DNA of 64,000 nucleotides, taken from NCBI RefSeq assembly GCF_009914755.1, contig NC_060930.1; one strand, 5' to 3'. The position numbers and the translations under genes are program-made. How positions within the stretch are numbered: position 1 is the first letter of the stretch; each line of letters starts with the position of its first letter. A model generated the notes under the pieces. That model was not told where the DNA came from. It ran no database searches and was given only the letters and a program-made list of their open reading frames with translations. The DNA comes from the human T2T-CHM13v2.0 reference genome, Homo sapiens. Of this stretch, positions 27,675 to 41,800 are shown one piece after another.

Positions 27675-28268
27675 TGTATTAAAGTTATTTAGAAAGAATC
27701 AATAGGATATAGATGTAGATGATATAAAATCTGAGAGGAAATTATTAGGGAAATTGATTCTCACTGTCAGAAAGGCCAAGAAGCTCCAAGAAAGGCCATC
27801 TGCAAGCTGGAGACCCTGGGAAGACAATAGCTTGGCTCAACTCAAGTCTGAAAGCCTCAGATACCATGAAAGTCAATGGTACAGTTTTCATTCTGAAGTC
27901 AAAGGCTTGAGAAGGGAGTGGCAGAATTAGAGGGGTGGGCCTGCTAATCTAATCTAAGTCCTGGACTTTCAAGGCAGAGAGCCTGGAGTTCCCATGTCGA
28001 AGGACAGAGGAAGGAGAATGTTTCAGCTCCAGGAAAGATAGCAAAAAGGTTCCTTTCTCTTTTTTTTTTTTTTTTTGTTTAATCTGGGCCTCCAGCCAAT
28101 TGGATGGTGCCTGTGCACACTGAGGGAGGATATTCCCCACTCACTTCACTGATTCACATGCCAGTCTTTTCTGGAAACACCGTCACAGACATAGCCAGAA
28201 GCAAAGCTTTACCAGTACTCTAGGTATCCAGTAAATCAGTCAAAGTGGCATCTAAAATTAACCATAAC
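27675..28268 (-). mobile_element. MLT2B-type (ERV-L) solo LTR
   Basis: The minus strand begins 'tatggttaattttagatgccactttgactg…ggtgtttccagaaaagactggcatgtg…caccatccaattggctgg'. The plus strand begins 'tgtatt…aatcaataggata'. Confidence 0.82.
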
Positions 28269-29199
28269 TCAGTTTTGTTTTTGTTTTGTTTTGTTTTAAG
28301 GGAGCTTACTGGCCTTCACATTAGACTAAACAAAACAAAGCACTTTTTCTGGGAATTATTTATTTCTTATGTAAGACTTCTGATCTTTTGATGTAAAAGT
28401 TTTAACAGTCAAGACTTTTTTTTTCTCATTTAAATGGATGTTTTTCACAACACCAGAAATACCAAACACATAGCCATAGAAACTCTTTGTTATAAAGGCA
28501 ATATGTTTGTTACATTTAATACCCTAAACATGTTCATTTTCTTTCTGCTGGTTTTTTATTTAAGTGAAATGAATAGCTAATAACTGTAGTTATGGGAGGA
28601 ACATAAGTGTCACAGAATTATGATTCCTGTGCTAATTTTATTTAGCTTTTGTGTATACATACATGAAAACACTGTTTTTAAAACTAGCTTCAAATGATAA
28701 ACGTTGAAGGAAATATTAGTTTGAAATATGTATTGCTAGATCATAGTGGCTTGTTAATTGTAATTTATTATTCAAATGGGAAAATTTTTAGAGCCAAAGG
28801 GATACTAATCTGAGGATGACAAGATAGGTGCAAACTGGGAAGTTCTCATGCCAGCTAGGATATGGGTTTCTCTAGATGTGAGAGATAAAGTACTTGTACA
28901 TGCAAAAGATAAAATCCTCCATTGTTTGGCTCATAAGTCTATGTATGTATCCTGACCCACCTCTGACTTTGCTGGGCACAGAGAGAGTTTCTTCCTCTTG
29001 GCTATACACTTGAGTCTCAATCATGTTTGTCATTGAAGTGATATATGATAGAGTGAAACAGAGATTTCACATCCAGAGGTTAATTAAGCCATTTTCTATG
29101 TGGCTTGAACAGGGTAATTCTGAGCCTGTGAGGGAAGGAAAACAGCACCTACATAAGAGAAACCTTTATGTCCTGGGATATGTTCAGATCTTCTACTTT

Positions 29200-29365
29200 T
29201 TCTTTTAAATTTATTTTTTAATGACATATAAAACCGTATTATGTACAACGTGATGTTTTTAAGTATATATACATTGTAGAATGGTTAAATCTAGCTAATT
29301 AACAAATGCATTATATCACATAGTTATCATTTCTGTGGTGAGAACACTTAACATCCACTACCTTG
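29200..29365 (-). mobile_element. L1MA/MB extreme 3' end fragment
   Basis: 'tgtagaatggttaaatctagctaattaacaaatgcattatatcacatagttatcatttctgtggtgagaacacttaacatc'. Confidence 0.75.
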
Positions 29366-31292
29366 AAAGCATCACTGCTTAATCTATGGAGTTATATATA
29401 TTTTTAATGGTGTGGAGTAAGATATTTTACTGAGAACTCAGATGTCTCTTAATTCTAGACAAGATAACACATAAATTCATTCAAAAATGTTTATGAATAA
29501 TAAATAAACAATGGTAGGAGAAAATAAAATATCACTATACTAAAAAGAAAATAAAAGGGAAAATATAAAAATAAATTTATGAAAAATTTACTATTTGCTA
29601 ACGCATGTTCTAATTTTGTATGCTTGATCCTCACAATAACCCTATGAGATAAGATTGTCATTATATCCATTACATAGATGATGAAAATATCAGATGAAAA
29701 TTTTCCAAAGTCATGTAGTAAATAAGTGGAGAGGTTGAGACTGAATCCAGGTAGAACACATGAATAATAATATCTATATTTCAGTGAGGGATAGGACAAT
29801 GACATTTTTAGAAAAAACATAGTCCAATAAATTGGGCATTAAACGTTTTATTTTAGAGGAGATCGGAATAATCTTAAGATATGGGGCAATGAATACTAAT
29901 ATTTGAAAAATTATTTTATAATAGTTTCAGATTTATAGTAAAGTCATGAAGATAGCACAGAGTTCCCATTTACTTCACACCCAATTCTCCTATTGTCAAC
30001 ATCTCTATTAGTATATTTGTCAGAACTAATAAACCATAATAGATATATTATTATTATTAGCTAGTCTATACTTTATTCATACTTCCCTAGTTTTTACTAA
30101 TATTTAAAGTGATTTTATGATCTTATTGTTTTATTTTAAATGACTAATATGAGGCAAATATTAATTTTAATGTAACACTGATTAATTATATACATACATA
30201 TATATATGTATGTATATAATTATCCTGTCCTTCTGTAGTGATTTTTGAAACTACTTATGTAAAGGAAATTTGGTATGAACAGATCTTTTTTTCCATCAAA
30301 TTTTTGAAAATTGCCACATTGCATATGCTGCCCATAATTTAATAACATACATTTACTTTGATGTTAGGTCTCTGTGGACAAAATAAGCTATTTGAGTATA
30401 ATTTCAAGTAAGAATTTAAGAGTCAAGTAAGAATTTAAGCTGCATTAATTTTTCTGAAGTAAAAGAAATATATATTTTCTTATCTAGAGGTGAAAAGAAG
30501 CTTGGTAAAAAAAAAAATATGGCCTCAAAACAGGTGTAATGCATCAACTGAGTTAGGAATGTCAGCAGAGCAACCCACAGAAATTCACGTTTCAAGGCAT
30601 TGCTTAGTTCCATCTGAAAAACAGTAAGTATCATCAAATAACTATGAAAGTAAAATGTATAATCCACTTACTTTTCTTTTAAATGTTATTAATCTCTCCC
30701 ATTTTATAGTATGGTCTTTGGAGTCTGAAAGGACAGGTAAAATTCCAGCTGCTCTCTTTAATGCCATTTTTGGTAAGTAAACCTTTCTCTTCCTTATTGG
30801 CAGAATTGGGATAATTGATCATATTTGTTGTCTGAATTAATACGTTAAGCCAAAGTACCTGATATGTGGCAAATGTTGCTAACAAAAACAACACAATAAT
30901 AACTTTGATAGTAAGAGCTGACAATTATTGTGTGCTTACCCTGGGCCAGTCATGCAAGACACTGAAGAGTGTGCAAGTTTTCAATTATTTTGCTTTCCTG
31001 CTTAGTTTGGAAAAAATCCATGCATTTCCCATTTCCCTTTAAAATGCATAATCTACACTTCCATAAAATACTTTGCATTATAGTCAGTATTATAGCAGGT
31101 TACCATACTCATCATTGTATGGTAATAATAGCTGGGAGTAATAGCTGATATTTACTGAATATATGCCAGGTACTTCATATGAATAATTTATTTTAAAATC
31201 TTATTGTTTCATTTTTTCTTCGATTGTACCTAAATTTATAATCCATTAATTCCATCACCTTATCACTCTCCATCATGCCTTGATGAATTCCC

Positions 31293-31697
31293 TGTTTTAT
31301 GAACTGAATTGTGCCCTCCCCATGAAATTCATGGGTTGAAGCCCTTAACCCTTAATGTGACCGTATTTGGAGATAGGGGCTTTAAGGAGGGAATTGAGGT
31401 TAAATGAGACCACAAAAGTGGGGCCCCAATCTAATAGCACTAACATGCTTATAAAAAGAGGAAGAAATGCCACAGATCTGTCCCTCTCTTTAGGTCCACA
31501 CAGAGAAAAGGCCATGTGAGGACACAGCTAGAAGGCAGCCATCTGAGAGCCAAGCAGACAGGTCTCATCAGATGCCAGCCCTGCCAGCACCTTTATCTTG
31601 GACTTCCACTCTCCTAAGTTGTCAGAAAATAAATTTATGTTGTTTAAGCCAACATTCTATTCCATTTACTCTGTTATAGCAACCTGAGCAGTCATAC
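31293..31697 (+). mobile_element. MLT1A/B-type MaLR solo LTR
   Basis: 'tatgaactgaattgtgccc…gtatttggagatagggg…gccatgtgaggacacagc…atcttggacttcc…aataaatt…gttatagcaacctgagc'. Confidence 0.85.
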
Positions 31698-32115
31698 CCT
31701 CTCTCTCCTCCTTATTCCACTTAGCATCCATAGTGAGTAATAATAATCATTTAATGGTAACTCTTCAACTTCCTTGCCCCTTGCATCCTTCATTTTACTT
31801 GATGGGTCAACTTTATCTTTCCACATGACCCACTTAATCTATCTTTCCACCTGTTGCTTACCTACAAAATGAACATGGCTAGAGAAGAAGTCACACACCA
31901 TGCTGACTTTCAATTCATGAACATAAATATCAAGTGAGCTCATGGAGTCACCCAAAATTTGAGTTTCCTTCGATCATTCATTCTTCTACTCCTTTTAATA
32001 TTATATATCTTTCTGATTAAAACTCAAGCATCTCCCCTTCACTTTCCATATCTGCTGATGCTTTTGCTTTCTAAACTACTAAGTGATCAGAATCAAATAG
32101 AAAAGGGTCTTCATA

Positions 32116-32422
<307 letters not shown>

Positions 32423-33575
32423 TCATAAGCTTCCATCATTACTTGCACTCATTTAACATATTCTGTTCTGTACCAACAAATGCTGCCTTCCTCTTGAAAC
32501 TATAAACTGTTCATGTAGTTCACTAAGATGCTTAATTTCATCTTCTCTCACACACTCAGGACACCTCCTTAACAACTCTCTTATTTTCAACATTATCCAC
32601 TCTATCCTGTGCTACTCCCCTCAGCACACACCTATGCTGTTATTACCTCCTTCTCAAAAAATTTCTCTGGACTTTACTTACACCTCCAGCTACGATCTAA
32701 TTTTTATGTAATCTATGAATAATTTCGTAGTAATATATATAATTCACATATACTTAGAAAAATACCTAGAAAATCATTTGACTAAACTTTGAAAAGTAGC
32801 CATCTCAGAGTAATGGATTATCATATAATCTATTTCTCAATCATACTTTCTGTAAGCCTTGATAACTGCCATGCATACATATTCAGTTATGAGTGCACAT
32901 AATTATATAACTATATAAAATATGAATCAGATAATTCAATAATTAAATAGAATTATTGCATATAATTAAAATGCAAAATAAAGATAAAAGTACGACCATG
33001 TTTGTGGCATTGTAGATGGCACATCTGCCTTGAAAAGCAATGTGGCAATCTCTAGCAGAATTACAAGTGTACATTCCTAGAAATCCAACAATTTCATTTT
33101 TTAAAATACACTTCAGAGGAAAAAGGATACCTATGTAAGGATTTACATGGGAGAAATAATTGTAATCATGGACAATTTGAAATAACCTAAATATGTGAGT
33201 AGAATGCTTAAAATGTTGGTATTGGTTCCAGATCCACATAGGAGATATTGAAAATAATGTTATATAAAAATAGAAAGAGAGGATAATACATAGAACACGT
33301 TGCTGTGCAGTGTTTAAGAACACATATAAGATAATCTTATAGTAAATAGGATGGAAGGATTCTCATAAAAGTCAGATAGTTGTTGCCCCTGGAGAGTTTG
33401 AATAGGAATATTACTGAGGGTATTCATCAAAGGGGACTTAGCTAAATCTCTAAAGTTTTATTTTATTTTTGAAAGAAAATGAGAAGCAAATAAGACAAGA
33501 TATTAGCAGTAGATATTCTAGGTGATGAAAACATGTTTATATTGTATCTAAAAGTATATGTGTGTATATATCCCT

Positions 33576-33580
<5 letters not shown>

Positions 33581-33609
<29 letters not shown>
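33581..33609. repeat. (TG)n microsatellite
   Basis: Directly visible. Confidence 0.97.
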
Positions 33610-33611
<2 letters not shown>

Positions 33612-33921
33612 CCATTTCTATAATTTAAATTCTTTTAAAGGAAAAAGAATTTTAAAAAGAGGAAGAAAAACAGATACACTAAGGTGAAAGTACATGGTCC
33701 ATAGAAATTTGACTGCTAATAATCTTGACAGATCTCATTTACAGATGCAGAGATGAGAATTCTTTCCATTTAATGGCTTTGCAACATTACATATTATTTC
33801 TTAAAAGATATGTGCAGGAAGGATTATTTTTATGCAATTAAGATGGTGAAAAATTAAGGTGCTGACAACTCCAAGAATAAGAACTATTCTGTGGGGAAGA
33901 AGGCTGAGCAAAATGTTCAGA

Positions 33922-34098
33922 GAGAAGCTTCTAGTGATCATTCCCCACACTTCAGGAACACCACATTGAGCAATTGTCTATTCAAAAAAGCACCTTTATA
34001 AGTTCCAAAAACCAGGTGAGAAATCACAGTACCTGGTTTTAATATTACATCAAGGAAAGAAGCACTGCAGAGGACAGAAAAGACAGTCTTGAATTGAC
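33922..34098 (+). mobile_element. Old L1 (L1M1/L1M2-like) 5'-end fragment
   Basis: 'aaaaagcacctttataag…aaaaaccaggtgagaaatcacagtacctggttttaa…aaagaagcactg…aagacagtcttgaattg' resembles L1MA-era 5'UTRs. Confidence 0.65.
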
Positions 34099-35439
34099 AA
34101 TATTTTTCATGTGGAGTTGAATTTAGTTTGACAGTATTTTGTTGAGGATTTTTACATTTATGTTCATCAGTGATTGCATCTCCTATTTTAAGTGATACAA
34201 ATGGTTACGGATTGTGTTCTTAATTACACAGCTTTATTTGGTTTTGAATGTTCACATCAATCTTTGTTACTAGAAGTCCAGTAACTTCATAAATGTTACT
34301 ACACACAATTTGTGATTTTCCCTGTCTAAACACTTTAGTAACACACATCTTATGATTCCAAGCAGTAATCTTGTCTTAAAGTGTTTACTTGCCTTCTTAT
34401 TTCTCAAAAACAAGCTAGAAACAGCTGCCTGTAGCATAATTCAATTAACCAAAATGCAGAAATAATCAGCCTTATTCACAGCAAAAGTGAACCTTTATGG
34501 AGCCCTGCCTTGAAAAAAATCTGACTGTAATCTATACAACCAAGACCTGCATATTATAAGCAGTGAAGATCTATGAGATTAGGGGGGAATATGTTTTTCA
34601 ACTGTCTTGTTTTTAAGGATGCATGTAAATTTAGCATATTTATTTATCTGAACACTTAATCAAAAGATATAAGAAATGTATCTTGGAGAATATTTGGAAT
34701 ATTAGAAAACATGTGGACACAGATTTTTAGCTTTCTTTCTATACTCAAATATGGTCTGCTAATATGATGATGTCAACATGATTAGAAGTATTGCTGGTAA
34801 ATAATTGTTAAACTGCACTCTTTACAAGATGCTGAAGATTGCTTTTCTGATATTTTTTGTCTAATTCCATGCCAAGGATTATTATACGCACAAACATAAT
34901 TAATATATAAATACCTCATGCACCCTGACAATGTGTGCTACAGATAACCAGCAATACTGGCTCTTAACACTTGCGATCTCACTAAAACAAAGTGGAAAGC
35001 TAACTTTATACAGTAAACCTATATATACTATAATAAAACTTTATTCAATCCAAACTGCATTTTTATCATTGTTTTTTCTGTTTTCTTGTCTACTGCATTC
35101 ATTACGTAGAATATCCCAAAGCATGCAATATTGGGTGGCAGTTTATTGAAAATGATTTTAATATATTTTGTTCAGAAGAATTCCTATCTTTTTATTAGAC
35201 TAGCCAATGATGATTAATATTTAGAACTGAATGCTTACAGCTAGACAAAAATATGAAAAGAAAAAATATTGAAAGAGAATCAAACTCAATGCATTTCTGG
35301 AAGAATATGGTTGCTCTACCTGACGTTAGTGAAATTTTATCTCCTTTAGTAGTACATACTTCAGAAATGCTGTAGAACAAACATGAATGAATGAAACACG
35401 TACGCAACCCTCATCTGATGTGTTAAAAAATAAGTCCCA

Positions 35440-38400
35440 ACAAGGAAGTTTTAGCAATAAGCGCCAACATCAAAAAGTAGAAAGATATCAAATAAACAAC
35501 CAAACATTATACCTCAAGGAACTAGAAACAAGAGCAATCCAAACCCAAAATAAGGAGAGGGAAAGAAATAATAAATATCAGAGCAGAAAGAAACAGTATA
35601 GAGACTATGATATATCAATAAGACAGAGAGCTGTTTTTTAAAAAAGAAACAAAATCAACAAAACTTTAGGTAAACTAAGAAAAAAGAAAACTCAAAATCT
35701 GAGAGAGATGAAGAAGACATTATAACTGATACCACAGAAATACAAAGAATCATAAAATACCACAATGAACAATTAAATGCTAATAAGTTGGAAAACTTAG
35801 AAGAAATAGATTAAGTCCTGGATACATACAACTTACCAACAATAATGATGAAGCAATAGGAATCTTGAACAGACCAGTAACAGGTAACAGAATCAGGCAG
35901 TCATACAATTAATACAATATCCCTCATAAAAGAAAATCCTAATGGTTTCACTGCTAAATTCTACCAAACATTTAAAAAGAATTAAAACCAATTCAAGTCA
36001 AATTATTTCAAAAATAAATGAAGAGGTGGGACTTCCAAGCTCATTCTATGTGGCCAGAACAGGATACTAAAACCAGACAAGGACACACACACATAAAATT
36101 ACAGGCCAATATCCCTAATGCACATAGATGCAAAAATCCTCAACAAAATATTAGTACGCTAAATTCAACAACATTAAAACAATTGTTCACCATAATCAAG
36201 TGGGATTCATCATGAGAACGCAAGGATAGTTCAACATCTGCAAATCAATAAACATAATACATCACATTAACATAATCAAAGACAAAATTCATATGATCAT
36301 TAAAATAGAGTTGAAAATGCATTCAGTAAAATTCGACATTTTTTATGATAAAAACCCTCAACAAACTGGGTATAGAAGAAACATACCTCAATGTAGTAAA
36401 TGACATATATGACTAACATATAATAGCTAACATCATAGGGAATAAGGAAAAGTTAAAAGCTTTTCCTCCAAGGTCTGAAACAAGAACAGGATGCCCACTT
36501 TCACTTTTATGCAACATAGTACTGAAAATTCTAGCCACAGCAATTAGGCAAAAGAAAGAAAGGGCACCTAAATAGAAAAGTTGTCCCTGTTTGCAATTGA
36601 AATGATAAAATATATATATATATATATATACATATATCATATGTGTATATTTATAATATATATTAGTATAATGACCATTAATGTAATGACCATAATACAT
36701 ATGGTTAGTCTAATAAAAACAATAAAAAGTTTTTTGTATCCTAGTCTAATAAAAATAAGAATTCTTCTGAACAAAATATATTAAAATGTTTTCCCAATAC
36801 ACTGTCATCCAAGGTTGCATGCTTTGAGATACTCTATTTACATTATGAATGCAGACCAGAAATATATATATATATTATGGTCATTACACTAATGATCATT
36901 ATACTAATATATATTATAAATATATATAATCATATATATCTAAGGTTTTGTGGAGTCTTGAGGGTTTCATATATATACTTAAGGTTATACGGTTATATCT
37001 GGAGTCTTTAGGGTTATATGTACATACATATTTAAGGTTATATTTATAGATTAATCCTAAAAACATGTATGTATATATAACATTTATGTATATATACACA
37101 CATATGTATTTAAGGTTATATTTATATGTTTAAAGTTATATATAAAAATATAACTTTAAATACATGTGTGTATATTTAGGGTTATATTTGGTATATATAC
37201 ATAATTTATATATGATATAAAATCCTAAAGACTTCACAAAAAACTGTTAGAACTAATAATTGGTAACGTTGTATACAAACTGAATTTATAAAAATCAGTA
37301 GTGTTTCTATGTGCCAATAGTGAACTATATGACAAAGAAATCAAGAATGTGTCTATTTACTATAACTACAAAGAGATACTTAAGAACAAAAGAAAGGAGG
37401 TGAAAGATCTCTACAATAAAAAGCATAAAACATTGATGAAAGAAATTAAAGAGAACACAAATAAGTGGAAAGATATCATATGTTAGTGCACTGGAAAAAT
37501 TGTTAAAATGTCTATGTTACCCAAAGCAATCTGTGGATTTTATGCAATCTGTATTAAAATGCCAATGACATTCTTCAGATTTTTTTAAAAAGTCTTAAAA
37601 TTCATATGGAAATAGAAAAGACCCCAGATAGCCAAAGCAATCTTGAATATGAAGGACAAACTGGAGGTATCTCAGTACCTGACTTCAAAATATACTACAA
37701 AGCTACAGTAACCAAAACAGCATGGTACTGGAATAAAAATAGATACATAGATCAATGAAACAGAACAGAGAACACAGAAATAAACCTATGCATTTACAGC
37801 TTACTGATTTTTGACAAAGGTGTCATGTAGACACACTGGGGGAAAAGGCAGTCTTTTCCATAAATGGTTCTGGGAAAACATGGATATCCATATGCACAAG
37901 AATGAAACTAGACTTTTATCTCTTACTGTATAAAAATAACAAATCCAAATGGATTAAAGACTTACATGTAATATGTGAAACTACAAAACTATTATAAAAA
38001 CATAGAGGAAATACATTATGAAATTGGACTAGGCAAAAATTTTTTTGAGAAAGACCTTAAAAGCACAGGCAACAAAAGCAAAAATAAACAAGTGGGATTA
38101 CATCAAATTAAAAAATTAAATTTAAGCATTCCTTATGACTCAGCAATTCCATCACTGGTATATAACCAGAGGCAATGAATTTAGCATGTTGAAGAGATAT
38201 CTGCACTCCCATATTTATTGCAGTGATATTCACAGTAGCTAAGCTATGAAATCAACATACATGTACAACTACAAATAAATGGATAAAGAAATGTATATGC
38301 ATACAGTGAATACTTTCAATCATAAAATAGAATGAAACCTTGTCATTTGTGACAACATAGGTGAATCTGGAGGACATAATGTCAAGTGAAATAAGCCAGG

Positions 38401-38808
38401 CATAAAAAAATAAATACACATTATCTCATTCATATATGGAATCTAAAAATGTTGATTTCAGAGAATTTGATAGTAGAAACTGATTACTTGAGGATACGGA
38501 GGGCAGGGAGGATGAGTTTCTCAGAGAGGCTGGTCAATGGGTACAGAGTTACAATTAGACAGGAAGAATAAATTTTGTTCTTCTATCACATAGTAAGGTG
38601 ACAATAGCAAATACCAGTGTAGTGTATATTTCAAGATAGCTAGAAGAACAAATTTTGAATGTTGTCACCACAAAGAAATGGCAAGTGTAAAATGACGGAT
38701 ATAGTAATTAACCTAATTGGATTATTATACTCTATATACAAGCATTGAAACACCACATTGTACTCCATAAATACGTAAAATTTTTATGTCAATTATAAAA
38801 AATTAAAA
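35440..38808 (+). mobile_element. L1MA-type LINE, ORF2 to 3' end, decayed, with a ~610-bp insertion (36605-37215) and an internal deletion near 38115
   Basis: Sense ORF2-like sequence ('gatgcaaaaatcctcaacaaaatat', 'aacaagaacaggatgcccacttt', 'tacctgacttcaaaatatactacaaagct') and an L1MA-type 3'UTR ending in an A-rich tail at ~38795-38808. Confidence 0.9.
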
Positions 38809-41800
38809 AGTTATTTCATTAAACCCTCATTCATAACTCTCAAGTAGTATTTATATATATGTAGTATCCACAAGAGTTAAGATATCACATCAGGAAATTA
38901 CGCTGTAATCAAATTAATCCATCTACATAAACAACTTTCTGAGTTCTACTTTGTATTTTATATCATTCCAGAAGGCATTGAGCAGGAGGAGAAAGGAATA
39001 CACATTTTAAAGGAAAGAATTCTTTAATTCATCTTGATATTTGATAACTTTCAATCTGATGAGACCAGTTTTAGTGTGGGCTTTCACCTTTTGGCAACGG
39101 TCAACTAAAATAAAAATTATTTAAACCAACTCTGCTGTTAACAGTACTTATAAAGCCATCATTTGAAGTTTAATTTTGTCCCATTTATTATGGAGAAGAG
39201 CAGGTGATAAAGGTTTTGTTTTTGCATACAATTTCACCAAAACAAAGTTTGACATGGGGGCAAAAAAACTCCACCATTATGTTTTCTAAAGATATCAGTA
39301 CATGCAATCAAAACACATTTCAAGCAGGTTTACATTTTAAAATGTTTCATTTGTTTTTGCAAACTTTAGGCTACCAGAACCCTCTCCCCTTTTGACAATT
39401 AAGAATCTGTTTTGAGAATATCATTTCATGGGAGAAATAATACCTTAGAAAGTATTGAACAAAGTCCAGAACATTCATCCATTGCAAAACATAGCCTAAA
39501 TCTATCCACCTGGGTATATTCTTTATTCCCATTCACCACTCCATTCTTTTCCTCACGTCCTGAAAGATTTAAAGAAATCCTAACAAGTATCAAATCTCAA
39601 ACAGCACATTCTCTGAAAGAATTGCTGCACTCAATGGACTTGTAAAAGTCAGTGAAGTAATGTAATTCAGCATCTCTAATCAAAGAGTAAATTAAATGAA
39701 AAATTATAAGGATAAAAGCAAACTTTTGAGGAAATATTTCAAACTGTGAAGTACATGAAAAATAGATCAAACATTTTGAATGGATGAGGACAAAACACTT
39801 AGAATTTTTATTTCTTCAAAATTTTTATCCAAATTGGCTGTTGTGTAGGAGGAATTTATGGTGTTTTCAAACTTATAATATCTTCAATTATGCAATAGAA
39901 ATTATTCCTGCACTTCAGCTATTTTTCAGTGATGTTCAAGGAACTAGAGGAAATATACATGGATCGTACCATATTTAAAAGAACATAAGATAATCAAAAT
40001 GAAGTATCATTTGGATATTGCCATGAAATGAAGTGTTTTTATAAGTGAATGTTATAATAAATAAATTTTATTTTCTATTTTGATAAACATTTTAAAACTG
40101 CAATGCTTTATCTCTACAATAAATTGATTATGGAACACTCTGTACATTTTTAAGTATCAGTGATGTCATTATAAACATGTTTTTATTGCTTGTGCTGCAA
40201 TAAAGAGATGTCCAAAGGAGTGATTAAGCTTTCAGAACATTTTGCCACTATAATTTTTAAATCTGTTCGTAAAATCATTCCCCATTTTTTTGCATTTGTA
40301 TGATTCACAATCTTTTCTCATTGCTATATGTTTAACTGGTACTTCCTTTTATAATCCTCTCATCCATTAGCACCTTTTTAATGTACTTCTTCTAATTTTC
40401 TATAAGCTGGAAAAGGTTTTGCTAGACAAATGGTCAAATAAAAAATACATGTTGATTAAAAACAAAAGCTGCCTATAAACAAAGTAGGTATTAGAACTTG
40501 ATGTGCATGCCGTTTTTCTTGACCCTTCTGATGTCTCAGTTTCTCATTTATGTTTCCCGGCAGTATTTCCTATACTTGAAAATATTCTATATATAAAATT
40601 GAATTTTATTCAACAATTACTTAAGTCAAACTCTTTTTTTTGCAAAACATTTAGTTAGGCCCTGTGAATGATGGAAATGTGACAAAAGCAATCTCACCAA
40701 GAGTTTATAATAAGGACAATATATAGGCTTTCTTTATAATAGAACATTGATTAAACTATTATAATATGTAATGCCTTCTCTCAGAAGGTCACAATCTAAA
40801 GATGGAAATGTCTCTTCTCTACAATAGAAAAATATTACAATAGACATAAAATGCATTAATATGAGAAACAGAGAAGGGGGAAGATATGCAAGTAGGAATT
40901 CAAGCTATTAGCCATTTTAAAATTGAAAATAAAAGGTGTGAATATTTGTATTTATGAATGAGTGAGAAATTTATAAAAACTCTCTAATCAGTGTACAATT
41001 GAATCTTTTTAGATTTGTATATTTCATCTCTAAAGACTAAAACTTGGCCACCACTCTTTTACAAACATTAGACTATTTTAAACTCTTTTTTTGTTACGGA
41101 AATGAATTAATTCATATTTGTCTATATTTATAATTATTTTATCTAACAGTATTTTCTATTACACATTTTATTTTCTATTTAATTCTTTTCTCATTTTGTT
41201 CAGTTGATCAAGTTTCTATCTTTAAAGGGATATTAAATCTATCTCTACCTACTGTGATATTAAAATTAAAGAACAAGTGTTCCTTTATATTAGTCTTTTT
41301 ATCTGTTTCCCCATCTCTTCATTAGCGAAATAAAACTATTATTTTAATTTTCCAATTATGTTTAAGTATAAAAACTAGAATATTTGTTATAAGCTATCGT
41401 TTCTTCTCTTACCTGTTTGCATGTGTGTAATCTTTAATACATTTTTGTCAGTTTCTAGTTGTATCATCATTATTATATTCATATATTAATTTATTATTAA
41501 AACATTACTCACCATTATTTATTATAATCTTTTTCCCTTATCTTGGAAATTTGTTCTGATTTATTTTAAATTTAAATAGAGTAGTTTCCCAAACAATTTC
41601 TTCATACAGGTTACTCTGAATCCTTCTACTGGAAAAAATATATTTAGTCTTTACATAGGACTAATCTAAGTGTAGAATACTTGGATGGCATTATTTTTCT
41701 TCATTAAGGTCTATCACTTTTGTTCTTTTTGATTAGTGTGGCAGATGATAAATTAAAACACTGACTTAATGTCCTTAATTAAAATATTCTTTCTGCCTAA

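Noticed and set aside
30403-30440. 19-bp tandem duplication 'tcaagtaagaatttaag' x2
   Set aside because: Ordinary slippage duplication with no further structure.
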